Shown here in pieces: positions 38,997 through 48,491 of a DNA stretch of 64,000 nt. The translations under genes and the position numbers were made by a program. The DNA is from Shigella phage A2. Where the stretch lies: sequence record OP197928. The stretch is one strand, 5' to 3'. The notes under the pieces were generated by a model. The model was not told the DNA's origin. It worked only from the letters and a program-made list of their open reading frames with translations, and did no database searches. Every line of letters starts with the position of its first letter. Within the stretch, counting starts at the first letter, position 1.

Positions 38997-39258
38997 TGTA
39001 AACTGATTTTTTCAACTTTCTTACTTCACCACGCAGTTGACGATTCAATTCATTTTTAACCTCTGAATCAACACCTCGCATACGTCGCCATTTATCTGAA
39101 CGAAAAATGTTTTCAACCATATCTTTATGACTTACCCCATCAGGAGCTTTACGCTTTCCGAAATAGTCATAATCACGAACTTTCAAGTCTTTACGACGAT
39201 ACGTTTTACCCATGGAGTTTAATTTCCTTAGCAACTGAACTAAATACAGCACGATCAC
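38920..39258 (-). CDS. hypothetical basic protein, 112 aa
   Basis: minus-strand ORF; Arg/Lys-rich. Confidence 0.4.
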   Translation of the reverse strand: MIVLYLVQLLRKLNSMGKTYRRKDLKVRDYDYFGKRKAPDGVSHKDMVENIFRSDKWRRMRGVDSEVKNELNRQLRGEVRKLKKSVYIDDDFDYNTSQRVAKRKSNECYRYS

Positions 39259-39388
39259 AAATCATGTGTTTATGTAACTTAAGTATAAGATAATAAACAT
39301 CATAACCATTTACGTAAGTAACACGAACAACATTACCATTAATAAAATAATATTGTCCCTTTTTAATTTCTTTATCAACCACAACCAT
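39206..39388 (-). CDS. hypothetical protein, 60 aa
   Basis: first ORF after early promoter 39419-39448. Confidence 0.4.
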   Translation of the reverse strand: MVVVDKEIKKGQYYFINGNVVRVTYVNGYDVYYLILKLHKHMICDRAVFSSVAKEIKLHG

Positions 39389-39418
39389 ATCAAATCCTCA
39401 AAGGCAATTCATATGTTA

Positions 39419-39448
39419 ATAATACCACGGTTTGAACTTGTTGTAAAC
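39419..39448 (-). promoter_or_regulatory. early promoter
   Basis: reverse complement GTTTACaacaagttcaaaccgtggTATTAT. Confidence 0.55.
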
Positions 39449-39518
39449 AACTTTGTGAAAATTATTTTAGGGAATGATAAGAAGGGAACGATAGCTTAGA
39501 ATGGTAATATACAGAATG

Positions 39519-39544
39519 TAAGAAAGAAAGGCCCAGAGGGCCCG
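39519..39544 (-). terminator. intrinsic terminator downstream of nrdH-like gene
   Basis: GC-rich stem GGGCC/GGCCC followed by U-rich tract UUUCUUUCUU. Confidence 0.5.
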
Positions 39545-39546
39545 TC

Positions 39547-39918
39547 TTAGTCTTCTATGATATCTCTATCATATCCAAGTGAAATGAGAGTTTCTTTGAA
39601 GTGTTTAATGTTCTTTTGTCTAGAATCATTAATGAAAATGACAGGATACCGAATATTAAGAGATGTGAATCCGGCGCGTTTGGCAAGAGATACAATCAAT
39701 GGGCGATCGTACTCAATCTTACCATTATTAGTAAGAACTTTATAGAAAGTAAAAGGAGCATTGAGCTCCTTTAGAAGTTTTGTAACTGATTGACATCCAG
39801 GACAACGACCTACTTCATCTGGAATTCCATAGACTTCAATCTTATTCTTTAAGTTCGAGTTTTGTTCCACGAGAAATAATTCCTTGATAAGCCCAGTATG
39901 GCGGGTTAACAGAATCAT
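39547..39918 (-). CDS. glutaredoxin-like protein (NrdH-like), about 123 aa; start uncertain
   Basis: redox motif CPGCQ after beta-strand KIEVYG; start placed at first in-frame ATG, overlaps upstream ORF. Confidence 0.5.
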   Translation of the reverse strand: MILLTRHTGLIKELFLVEQNSNLKNKIEVYGIPDEVGRCPGCQSVTKLLKELNAPFTFYKVLTNNGKIEYDRPLIVSLAKRAGFTSLNIRYPVIFINDSRQKNIKHFKETLISLGYDRDIIED

Positions 39919-40153
39919 CGCCAGAATTTTCTTCAGGAAAATAAACCTGGATAACGAAGCCGGATTCATCAAAGGTGAAATAAGTAGTAGGCAGTTCACC
40001 TAACAAATCGGCACGAGCGTTGATTTCTTCGAGGTCTTGTTCACGTCCAGCCCAGAAGCTTGGGTTCAGACTACATTCATAGAAATAATAGTCATTACCG
40101 AACATATCAAACCCATTCCAACTCTCTACTACATACCGCTCAAAACTAATCAT
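39842..40153 (-). CDS. hypothetical protein, 103 aa
   Basis: minus-strand ORF. Confidence 0.4.
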   Translation of the reverse strand: MISFERYVVESWNGFDMFGNDYYFYECSLNPSFWAGREQDLEEINARADLLGELPTTYFTFDESGFVIQVYFPEENSGDDSVNPPYWAYQGIISRGTKLELKE

Positions 40154-40155
40154 AA

Positions 40156-40371
40156 TTAAGCCTTTTTATCAAGAACAGCATTCAGCTTGTTAGTAATTTT
40201 ATCCAGACGCTCATTGAACTCACTAGAAGATAGTCCTTTTTCTGGAGAAATCAAACTAATCACGAAAAATATAGCAATAAAAGGAATAAGGAAAATAGCT
40301 CCAACTGCCATAAACAAAAAGAATGTTACAGTTGTAAGAAAATCAGCTAAACCTTTACGAAATTTATACAT
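40156..40371 (-). CDS. small membrane protein, 71 aa
   Basis: two hydrophobic segments. Confidence 0.45.
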   Translation of the reverse strand: MYKFRKGLADFLTTVTFFLFMAVGAIFLIPFIAIFFVISLISPEKGLSSSEFNERLDKITNKLNAVLDKKA

Positions 40372-40485
40372 ATTTACCCTTAATTAATTAACCAAGCATT
40401 GATAAGCACTAAACTATATTGCGAATAAAATTCTGGACCAAAATGAAAAATCATATCATTTATAGTATCCATAATGTAATTCAAT

Positions 40486-40956
40486 TTAATCATGTGTCCA
40501 CACCCCATCGGTATTTGACCAAAGTCGCTGATTATCTGATCCTCGCCACAGCTTTTTGGTCGGAAGATTTTTCTCATACTTCCCATCAATAATAACATCA
40601 ACATATTTAAGCATTTCTAGTTGTTTAATATCTTCAAACTTATATCCTGTCCACAACCAAATGCTTTTATTGGGATAAAGATTTTTAATAGTTTGAACCA
40701 CAGAGTGAATCACGTCTCTGTTATCAGGATAAAGAGGGTCACCTCCGGTTATAGTTAATCCTTCTATATAATCATTATTCAAACATTCAATTAATTGTTC
40801 TAGTGTTTCACCAGTGAATGGAATACCATTTCTAGCATTCCATGTTGATTTATTATAACACCCTTCGCATTTATGCAAACAACCTGTAACGAAAAGAACG
40901 ACCCTGCAGCCAGGGCCATTCACAAAATCGCAAGGATAAAATCTATCATAATTCAT
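40486..40956 (-). CDS. nrdG: anaerobic ribonucleotide reductase activating protein NrdG (radical SAM), 156 aa
   Basis: Cys cluster CRVVLFVTGCLHKCEGC; 156 aa; directly downstream of nrdD. Confidence 0.85.
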   Translation of the reverse strand: MNYDRFYPCDFVNGPGCRVVLFVTGCLHKCEGCYNKSTWNARNGIPFTGETLEQLIECLNNDYIEGLTITGGDPLYPDNRDVIHSVVQTIKNLYPNKSIWLWTGYKFEDIKQLEMLKYVDVIIDGKYEKNLPTKKLWRGSDNQRLWSNTDGVWTHD

Positions 40957-42770
40957 TGGTGTTTAACCCTATGCATGATTTCTTTATTTTTACCGAGATT
41001 AAATCCGCGTTCGTTCGGATTTCCCAAATAGCCGCATGTTCTTCTTATTGTGTTCATCTTTTTAGGATCAGTTTCTCCACAAATAGAACAAACAAATCCG
41101 TTTTCAGTAGGAGTCATTTCATGAGTACTTCCGCATGTAAAACATTTATCTACTGGCATATTAACACCAAAATAATCTAAATGTTGTGCAGCATAATCCC
41201 ACACGGCCTCAAGACCCTTTAAATTGTTTTTCATATCTGGAAGTTCAACATAAGAAATGTGACCGCCTGTTGCAATGAAATGATATGGCGCTTCACGAGA
41301 AACCTTTTCAAACGGAGTAATATTTTCTTCTACTGAAACATGGAAACTATTAGTGTACCAGCCTTTATCAGTAACATCCTTTACACTTCCATATTTTTCA
41401 GTATCAAGTTTACAGAAGCGATAACAAAGGTTTTCAGCAGGAGTCGAATATAAACTAAAAGCAAAACCGGTTCTTTCAGTCCACTGTTTAAGATGAGCAT
41501 TCATTTTAGTTAAAATTTCCTGTCCAATATCACGACCGACAAGAATATTCAATTCATGAATACCAATGTATCCTAAAGACACTGAACTTCTGCCATTTTT
41601 AAATAACTCAATTATATCGTCATCAGGTTTAAGACGAACCCCGAATGCACCTTCTTGGTAAAGAATAGGAGCAACAGTCGCTTTAACTCCTTTTAAGGAA
41701 CTAATTCTACACATCAATGCTTCAAAACACAAATCCATTCGTTCATTGAACAATTCGGCAAATTTCTGTTCATTGAACTGTGTTCCAATATAAGAATCTA
41801 ATGCAATACGAGGAAGATTCAATGTTACAACGCCAAGATTATTACGTCCATCAAGAATTTCATTACCAGTCGAATCTTTCCATACGCTCAAGAAACTGCG
41901 GCAACCCATTGGAGAAACAGGAATAGATGAACCTGTGATAGCTTTATTGTTCTTAGCTGAAATAATATCAGGATACATTCTTTTGCTTGCGCACTCTAGA
42001 GCAAGCTGTTTAATATCATAGTTCGGATCGTCTTTATAAAGATTAACACCTTCTTCAACGAACATAACAAGCTTAGGGAAAATAGGAGTTATCCCATCAC
42101 GACCTAGACCTTTAATACGATTTTTCAGAATTGCTTTCTGAATCATTCGTTCAGTCCAGTCAGTTCCTGTACCAAATGTAATTGTTACAAAAGGTGTTTG
42201 TCCGTTTGAACTAAAGAGAGTATTTACTTCATATTCATAAGCTTGGAATGCATCGTATACGTCTTTTTCTGTTTTAGATTGGGCATAATTCAACGCATCA
42301 GCGATTTGCCATTTTTCTGCATCCTCAATATGTTTTGCATAGGTGCGTTTAACGTAAGGAGAAAGTACTTTATCTACATTAGCAAAAGTCGTTCCGCCGT
42401 ACTGATGCGAAGCAACCTGTGCAGTAATTTGTGCCATAATTGCAGTCGCAACGCCAATTGATTTAGGAGTTTCAATCTGCGCATTACCAAGCTTAAATCC
42501 GTTCTCAAGCATTCCTTTTAAATCTACTAAACAACAATTAGTAAATGGAAGAGCAGGGGAATAATCAATATCATGGAAATGAATAATTCCGCTTTCATGC
42601 GCTTTCATAATAAAAGACGGGACCATATTTTTGGCAATGTGTTTAGACACAATACCAGCCATAAGGTCCCGTTGAGTTGGAAAAACACGAGAATCTTTAT
42701 TAGCATTCTCGTTTAAAAGGTCTTTATTAGTTTTATGAATCAATCCTTCAATTTCTTTTTCAATTGTCAT
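40953..42770 (-). CDS. nrdD: anaerobic ribonucleoside-triphosphate reductase NrdD, 605 aa, uninterrupted (no intron)
   Basis: C-terminal glycyl-radical motif RRTCGYLG and Zn ribbon CFTCGS...CSICG; single continuous ORF. Confidence 0.9.
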   Translation of the reverse strand: MTIEKEIEGLIHKTNKDLLNENANKDSRVFPTQRDLMAGIVSKHIAKNMVPSFIMKAHESGIIHFHDIDYSPALPFTNCCLVDLKGMLENGFKLGNAQIETPKSIGVATAIMAQITAQVASHQYGGTTFANVDKVLSPYVKRTYAKHIEDAEKWQIADALNYAQSKTEKDVYDAFQAYEYEVNTLFSSNGQTPFVTITFGTGTDWTERMIQKAILKNRIKGLGRDGITPIFPKLVMFVEEGVNLYKDDPNYDIKQLALECASKRMYPDIISAKNNKAITGSSIPVSPMGCRSFLSVWKDSTGNEILDGRNNLGVVTLNLPRIALDSYIGTQFNEQKFAELFNERMDLCFEALMCRISSLKGVKATVAPILYQEGAFGVRLKPDDDIIELFKNGRSSVSLGYIGIHELNILVGRDIGQEILTKMNAHLKQWTERTGFAFSLYSTPAENLCYRFCKLDTEKYGSVKDVTDKGWYTNSFHVSVEENITPFEKVSREAPYHFIATGGHISYVELPDMKNNLKGLEAVWDYAAQHLDYFGVNMPVDKCFTCGSTHEMTPTENGFVCSICGETDPKKMNTIRRTCGYLGNPNERGFNLGKNKEIMHRVKHQ

Positions 42771-43240
42771 TTTAAACTCTTTCTAAGCTGCTTCTTAAAT
42801 GAAGCTATTAATTGTGTTTTAGTGTCAGATTCATTATATTCAAATCCTCTTTGAAGCATCTCAGCCATCATTTCCTCTTTTCCTAAACGAGAAAATTCCT
42901 TTGATTTATCTCCAACAAAGTTAGGGTGAATATTATTTTGGGTGTAATCGGATTTTAAATAAGTAAGTAAATTTTCTAACCATTCAAGATAATCAACACC
43001 TTGTCCCTTTAAGCCAGAACGATTAAATTTATGCTTCATTTGACCTTCTGCGGCATTGCAGAGATTACAAAGCAATCCACGTACCTTTCCTGCTTTTGGT
43101 CCATTTAATTCATGGTCATGGTCGAGGTGATTAGCTTGAACATCAGGATTTAGTTCTCGTTGGCAAATTAAGCATTTACCATTTTGTGCATCATAAAATT
43201 TCTGTTTTTCTTCTTTATATAATTTGCCAGTCAATAACAT
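42767..43240 (-). CDS. 49: endonuclease VII (Holliday junction resolvase) gp49, 157 aa
   Basis: sequence as recalled for T4 endo VII (MLLTGKLYKEEKQKFYDAQNGKCLICQ...HLDHDHELNG). Confidence 0.9.
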   Translation of the reverse strand: MLLTGKLYKEEKQKFYDAQNGKCLICQRELNPDVQANHLDHDHELNGPKAGKVRGLLCNLCNAAEGQMKHKFNRSGLKGQGVDYLEWLENLLTYLKSDYTQNNIHPNFVGDKSKEFSRLGKEEMMAEMLQRGFEYNESDTKTQLIASFKKQLRKSLK

Positions 43241-43245
43241 AATAA

Positions 43246-43270
43246 ACCCTTACCTTAAATAGATAAGGGT
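43246..43270 (-). promoter_or_regulatory. hairpin sequestering the gene 49 ribosome-binding site
   Basis: 7-bp inverted repeat ACCCTTA/TAAGGGT whose 3' arm contains the AAGGG SD 5 nt before the gene 49 AUG. Confidence 0.45.
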
Positions 43271-43282
43271 ATTTATTATTTT

Positions 43283-43768
43283 TCAAGTATTGTAAAACAT
43301 TTGATTCAATCGCTTATATTGCCGAATCTTTTGGTCAGAAAAAGAAATTTGGGTTTCAAGCCATTCAATATATTCTGCCGCAGCTTGCATCAAATTTCCT
43401 TCATAGCCATCGTTATTTTCTTGTGCAGCTAATTTAGCTAATGCGTATGAAATACGTTCACCTTGAAAATCAGCTTTAGGCTTCTGAACAACTTGATTAG
43501 TTCTCTCTACAACTTCTTCAATTTCGCCATTTTCTACTGATTCAGTATTCCACAAGCACCAATACGTAATTGGCTTATCGTAGATGTTAATAATCTTTCC
43601 ATCAGAAAGTTCAATTTCAATAATTCCAGTATCAGGCTCTATATCATCTTCACATTCTTTTGCAAGTTCACGAACTTTAAAGACAGTACCTGCACTAAGT
43701 TCCGGCCAGTAATTACACAGCCCTGTATCAGCACGATTAATTCTAAACCACTTATCTACTGTAATCAT
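43283..43768 (-). CDS. hypothetical protein at pin position (possible Lon protease inhibitor Pin), 161 aa
   Basis: ATG 43766-43768; 161 aa matches recalled Pin length; position between 49 and nrdC. Confidence 0.45.
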   Translation of the reverse strand: MITVDKWFRINRADTGLCNYWPELSAGTVFKVRELAKECEDDIEPDTGIIEIELSDGKIINIYDKPITYWCLWNTESVENGEIEEVVERTNQVVQKPKADFQGERISYALAKLAAQENNDGYEGNLMQAAAEYIEWLETQISFSDQKIRQYKRLNQMFYNT

Positions 43769-43891
43769 GTCCCATCTCCATATCAATTAAGTCATTTATC
43801 GTTGGTTCATTATATATTGTTTCTTCATCAGTGTAAACCGGTTCTTCCGGCTCTGGCTCTACAGTTTCCCATCTAGCCGCCCACCAAGGTT

Positions 43892-44212
43892 TTATAGCGT
43901 AATCCATTCTCGTACTGTCTGAGTTACTACACGTTCATGGGGCTCGACTAGTTCAACAGTCGGAACTGCATAATACCAGTCAGAATGATAAGAACCTGAC
44001 CGAGATTCATTTACAGCCACATGTACATTATGTTTTGGACTAAAGTAAACACACTGACGATATTGACATTTACCATCTTGCACCCAGTCTTCTATTTCGA
44101 CAGGTTTAAGATAATCGGAAAAATCGAAATCATAGTTTTCCGAAAATGCATCATGGTCTTCAATGATTTCGCTCAGAACTGCATCAACATCTAATTTATT
44201 TTCAATAGTCAT
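43892..44212 (-). CDS. hypothetical protein, 106 aa
   Basis: minus-strand ORF. Confidence 0.45.
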   Translation of the reverse strand: MTIENKLDVDAVLSEIIEDHDAFSENYDFDFSDYLKPVEIEDWVQDGKCQYRQCVYFSPKHNVHVAVNESRSGSYHSDWYYAVPTVELVEPHERVVTQTVREWITL

Positions 44213-44222
44213 TTTTCACCAA

Positions 44223-44417
44223 TTAATTTCGCAATTTATTAAGTTCTTCATAATCAATCCAGGATTCTAATCCTGATGGCAAATCAGATTCAATTTCCCA
44301 AAGAAGCTCTTCAATTTTCTGAAGACGATCTAGTTCTTCAGCTGGAATAGTAACCATTGATGGAGTTCTTGATACACTAATATCGTAAATCATATTTACC
44401 CCAGTTTGACCATGCAA
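44223..44417 (-). CDS. hypothetical protein, 64 aa
   Basis: minus-strand ORF. Confidence 0.4.
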   Translation of the reverse strand: MHGQTGVNMIYDISVSRTPSMVTIPAEELDRLQKIEELLWEIESDLPSGLESWIDYEELNKLRN

Positions 44418-44611
44418 TCACCGTATTTCCACTTAGAAATAGACTTTTCACCATTAGAATAATGAACTTCGAGTTTAGCACGATTATTTTTAATTTGAAT
44501 AACCTTGGCTGTCATCAAAGTTCCATACCCATAATAAACTGCAACTTCATCACCTACATATACCGCGCTTCCGCGGTAATCATGAATATAGTCAGTTCCT
44601 TCGAGCATCAT
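44396..44611 (-). CDS. hypothetical protein, 71 aa
   Basis: minus-strand ORF. Confidence 0.4.
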   Translation of the reverse strand: MMLEGTDYIHDYRGSAVYVGDEVAVYYGYGTLMTAKVIQIKNNRAKLEVHYSNGEKSISKWKYGDCMVKLG

Positions 44612-44871
44612 TTAAAATATTCTCGCAGTTGGTCAAATCCACCAATATGACTTCCATCAGGAGCAAATACCTGGGGCATTGTCAAGCCGATTTGAGTATC
44701 ACGACCTAGTTTAGTTAGAAGCTCAGCGATTTTCTCATCATCAAAAACACCTTTTTCCGGCATAATGTTGATAAATTCAAATGGCTGTTTCTTCACAGTC
44801 AAAAGACGTTTTGCATTATCGCAATACACGCATTTATGAATGTTGCTATCATAACCATATACTTTAAACAT
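44608..44871 (-). CDS. nrdC: glutaredoxin/thioredoxin NrdC, 87 aa
   Basis: active site CVYC; 87 aa; as recalled for T4 thioredoxin. Confidence 0.85.
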   Translation of the reverse strand: MFKVYGYDSNIHKCVYCDNAKRLLTVKKQPFEFINIMPEKGVFDDEKIAELLTKLGRDTQIGLTMPQVFAPDGSHIGGFDQLREYFK

Positions 44872-44872
44872 A

Positions 44873-45115
44873 TTATTCCTTAATTCCTAGTACTTGTTTA
44901 AAAGTCTCGTCGTAATCAAGACTTTGGCCCGTTTGTTCTTTATGTTTGTATATAATATCACTTACTTCTGATAGCATATTTTTATATGAACGAGTTAAAG
45001 CAGATTTAAGCACGCTATATCTATCAGGAAATTTACCATGTTCATTATAATAAGCTATTGCTAATTCACGGACTGCCTTTTCAGCAGTCTCCATATATTC
45101 TTTACGCTTTGTCAT
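44873..45115 (-). CDS. hypothetical protein, 80 aa
   Basis: minus-strand ORF. Confidence 0.45.
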
Positions 45116-45419
45116 TTTCTTCTCGGTTAAATCGGTGTTTGCAATGACGGCATTTATAACGAAGATTACTAGTCTGCCAATGAACTAATTGTACCTGTTC
45201 GGTACCACATTTTGGGCAGTTCGGAACACTCTTAGAAGCCCTTTCGCGACGTTCAACCATAGCCATAATAGCATCCCAGGCTGGAGGTTTAAAATCTAAA
45301 TCGTCACAACCATGAATCTTTCCACGCATTTCTAAATCGTCTTCTTCACCATCCATAATAATTTTAATTAGACTGGAATTACTTGAAGCTGCAATATCTT
45401 CTAATAAGCGCTTTTTCAT
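45102..45419 (-). CDS. hypothetical protein with C-terminal C4 zinc ribbon, 105 aa
   Basis: CPKCG...CRHCKH. Confidence 0.45.
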
Positions 45420-46345
45420 TTCAATACCTCAATAGCATTACGTAAACCATTTGCTTTTGCATTAAGAGCTTTTAACAATTTGGTGTGTTCGGCAATCTGG
45501 GATTCAACTTCAATTAAGCGAGCATTGAGATATTCACGTTCTTCGCTCAGGTTATCAACCTTTTCTACTTTAGGCTCTTTTACAACTGTCTTATATGTAT
45601 TAGGGTTCTTCAGTTTAATTAGAATGCGTGAACTGTATAACATTGAACCATTATCTTCGATTTCGTCATACATTTCTACTACGTCCATGATTTTTAACAT
45701 CATGCGGAGTTTATAAGACAATGAACGAATAGTTTTGTTGTGCTTATTAATTTCTCTAGAGTTCATGGTGCCGAGATTACGTGAGTAATAATAAGGAACC
45801 TGAATATTAATTAACACTGATGAACCACCTGGCTTGTGTGTTACTTCATCAGCAATAACCCAATCCTTAACATGAACTGTATTTGTACGGTCATCGCCTG
45901 CGGTAAATAGTTTGCGAGCATGCTTAAAAAGCATATTCACTTGGTCATTGAATTGACAAGCAAATTTATCAGCAAATTTAGTTTCAGGAATGGTAGATAA
46001 CCAATCAGCCAAATGGGTCTTTTTAACATCGTTAACAATAGTAAATTCAACCAAATCGGTTATAGATGTCTCAGATTTAATGAAGCTCGGCTTCATAAAG
46101 TTTTTAATGTTATCACGAGCTACAGTAGAAGATAACATACGAGAACGTTTAAACCATTCAAGCAAATTGCCTAACGAATGAGAATAAGCGTTTTGAGTAT
46201 CTTTACAGATATGATTTTCCTGACCAACATATTGAAGGAAATCACGAAGAATATTATTGATTACTGCTCTGTGTCCGATCTGATAATTACGGTGTTTAGT
46301 AATAAGACTGTCAAAATAATCAATATAATGTTTACGAGTTTTCAT
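45416..46345 (-). CDS. hypothetical protein with C-terminal coiled-coil tail, 309 aa
   Basis: globular N-domain plus about 45-aa heptad-like C-terminus. Confidence 0.55.
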   Translation of the reverse strand: MKTRKHYIDYFDSLITKHRNYQIGHRAVINNILRDFLQYVGQENHICKDTQNAYSHSLGNLLEWFKRSRMLSSTVARDNIKNFMKPSFIKSETSITDLVEFTIVNDVKKTHLADWLSTIPETKFADKFACQFNDQVNMLFKHARKLFTAGDDRTNTVHVKDWVIADEVTHKPGGSSVLINIQVPYYYSRNLGTMNSREINKHNKTIRSLSYKLRMMLKIMDVVEMYDEIEDNGSMLYSSRILIKLKNPNTYKTVVKEPKVEKVDNLSEEREYLNARLIEVESQIAEHTKLLKALNAKANGLRNAIEVLK

Positions 46346-46398
46346 GTTCTTCTCACTTGGTTAATGAATTTATACTCCGAGCCATCCTTGGCTTTAAA

Positions 46399-47400
46399 TT
46401 ACTTAATTAACTGTAAAGCTTGTTCCAAACGATCAAGGCGATTAACAGATTCTTCCCAAATCCTTTTAGCCTTCTCATATTCTTTCTGCGCTTTATTAGA
46501 AATTTCTAGAACTTCTTTATAAGCTTTTTCTAGTGCAATAACTTCTGGACGAACTTCTATCGGTTCAGGCGAATCGTCAAGACATTCCATTAGTTCTTCA
46601 AGGGTAGTTTCTTCTTTAGGAGTATTCACAATTTCATCACATTTTTGTTGGTAAATTTCTTTATCAGTCGGTGAGTACGTACGTTTCACTTCACGAAGGC
46701 TAATTATAATTTTATATCCTTCCCAACCACACATATTTTTGAAAGGATATGTATGAATACTTTTTACGGTTTCCATACAGCCCAAAGCCGCCTCTAATTG
46801 ATAAGTTATAGTGCTAGCAATTGAGAAAAATTTATTAATATTCTTTTGGTTAGCGTTTGGTGTAAAAAATCCATAATTCACAAAAATAGCTACTTTATTT
46901 TTATCAAGCTCATATTCTTTTACGATAATCATATCAGAAGCCAAAGGATGAATTTGACGATAATCGCCATAACATAATTTAGAAGCTGATTTTAGAATTT
47001 GTCCTTTGAAAAGTCTGAAATTACTAATCCAACGACGAGTAAAAATATTCTCAGGGTCTTCTTTATTATTAAGATGATAAGAATTAACATCACCGAACCA
47101 ATTATATCCTACTACATCTTTAGTTCGTTTAATTTCTTTCCCAAATTTACTAAGAATATCTCTGTTGACTAAGTATGAAAGAAGACGAGACCCTTTAAAG
47201 GTTTTCTTAATGTCATCTTTATCTGTACGACTAGAAATTTCACGAACTTCGTGAATAAATCTGCTGGAAGAAACAATGCTTACATCAATATTATTGAGCC
47301 ATTGATTGATAATAGAAAGAACACTATTCTGACTAGACATAGGTTTAACTTTATCATCAATAACGCTATTGAATGATTTGATATATTCGTTACGAGTCAT
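46399..47400 (-). CDS. hypothetical protein with C-terminal coiled-coil tail, 333 aa
   Basis: start ATG 47398-47400 with GAGGAG SD downstream of early promoter; coiled-coil C-terminus. Confidence 0.55.
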   Translation of the reverse strand: MTRNEYIKSFNSVIDDKVKPMSSQNSVLSIINQWLNNIDVSIVSSSRFIHEVREISSRTDKDDIKKTFKGSRLLSYLVNRDILSKFGKEIKRTKDVVGYNWFGDVNSYHLNNKEDPENIFTRRWISNFRLFKGQILKSASKLCYGDYRQIHPLASDMIIVKEYELDKNKVAIFVNYGFFTPNANQKNINKFFSIASTITYQLEAALGCMETVKSIHTYPFKNMCGWEGYKIIISLREVKRTYSPTDKEIYQQKCDEIVNTPKEETTLEELMECLDDSPEPIEVRPEVIALEKAYKEVLEISNKAQKEYEKAKRIWEESVNRLDRLEQALQLIK

Positions 47401-47428
47401 ATTAATCTCCTCAGTAGAAAGTAAGAAC

Positions 47429-47458
47429 ATTATACCACATCCTTGTGGCAAAGTAAAC
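47429..47458 (-). promoter_or_regulatory. early promoter
   Basis: reverse complement GTTTACtttgccacaaggatgtggTATAAT (near-duplicate of promoter at 2418-2447). Confidence 0.6.
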
Positions 47459-48483
47459 TAGTTTAGTGCATTTAGTGCATTGTTCAGTTTAGAACGTTGC
47501 TTCGTAAGATTTTTGACTTTTTCTTGAGCTTTTTCTAGCATCTTTTCAGCTTCTAGCACTTCATTAGTTGCTTTAACGAGTTCATCATCTACTGCCTTGA
47601 TAGACTTCTCAATCGCATCGGCATGCCATTTTTCAACAGGTTTAAGACTCGGATTTTCAACAGGAAGAAAATTCACTTTATTGAATTTCCATGCATCCTT
47701 ATTACCTGAACTATACATCCAAAATTTAGGATCGTTTGATGAGTAATTAGATAAATTTAAATTTAAGTTATCTTGCACTTCTTGCTTTTTCTCTTGTGTA
47801 ACTTCGTCCTTTCTCAAAAAATCATATTTAAATGAAACGATCATATCAAGTTCATATGTTGTCGTATCTAATTTAAATCGTTCGAAATGCTGCGAAATCT
47901 TAGATTGAACAGCAGCAACAACATCCATATACTTAAATGCTTCTGTCAACTGCGATTTAAGGCATTCGCAAATTGAAAGAGAATTTTTAGTACTAGGTTT
48001 AAAGCTAATTCGTGCAGTTCTATTATTTTCTTTTAATGGTCTTACTTCCATCTGAAGAGTATAACCATCAAATTTCAGGTTCTTTAAGTTAATGTCAGAA
48101 CCTTTTAATCGACTAGCCGTCGACAAAATTTGCTTTAATTGTTTACGGAATAGAGCAATAAATCTCCATTCAATACGATAATGATTTGGATTAAAAAATC
48201 CAGATGATAAATCGACCTTACTCTGACCAACGCCTTGAACAAATAGAGGATTTTTATAATCAATAGTTTTACAGAAATCGGTGAGCTGCTCACGAGCCGT
48301 CATTTGTGTAATATACCCCGCTTTACTAAAATGACGTAACCATTCATTGCTATTCATATATTTAAAGTGAATATCACGATTAACTTTATCAGGGTCTAAA
48401 TTATTTTGGCACAAAAATGTCATAACATTACGGGTATAGCTGGCATTACGAACCATATCTTCAATTTGAGAACGAGTTTTCAT
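47458..48483 (-). CDS. hypothetical protein with C-terminal coiled-coil tail, 341 aa
   Basis: coiled-coil C-terminus DDELVKATNEVLEAEKMLEKAQEKVKNL. Confidence 0.55.
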   Translation of the reverse strand: MKTRSQIEDMVRNASYTRNVMTFLCQNNLDPDKVNRDIHFKYMNSNEWLRHFSKAGYITQMTAREQLTDFCKTIDYKNPLFVQGVGQSKVDLSSGFFNPNHYRIEWRFIALFRKQLKQILSTASRLKGSDINLKNLKFDGYTLQMEVRPLKENNRTARISFKPSTKNSLSICECLKSQLTEAFKYMDVVAAVQSKISQHFERFKLDTTTYELDMIVSFKYDFLRKDEVTQEKKQEVQDNLNLNLSNYSSNDPKFWMYSSGNKDAWKFNKVNFLPVENPSLKPVEKWHADAIEKSIKAVDDELVKATNEVLEAEKMLEKAQEKVKNLTKQRSKLNNALNALN

Positions 48484-48491
48484 AGTGTTCC

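Noticed and set aside
40380-40604. 74-aa minus-strand ORF overlapping the 3' part of nrdG
   Set aside because: Overlaps nrdG by about 120 nt in another frame and has no SD; nrdG is strongly supported.
43271-43300. Late promoter upstream of gene 49
   Set aside because: The sequence is AATAATAAATA, one mismatch from TATAAATA; not called.
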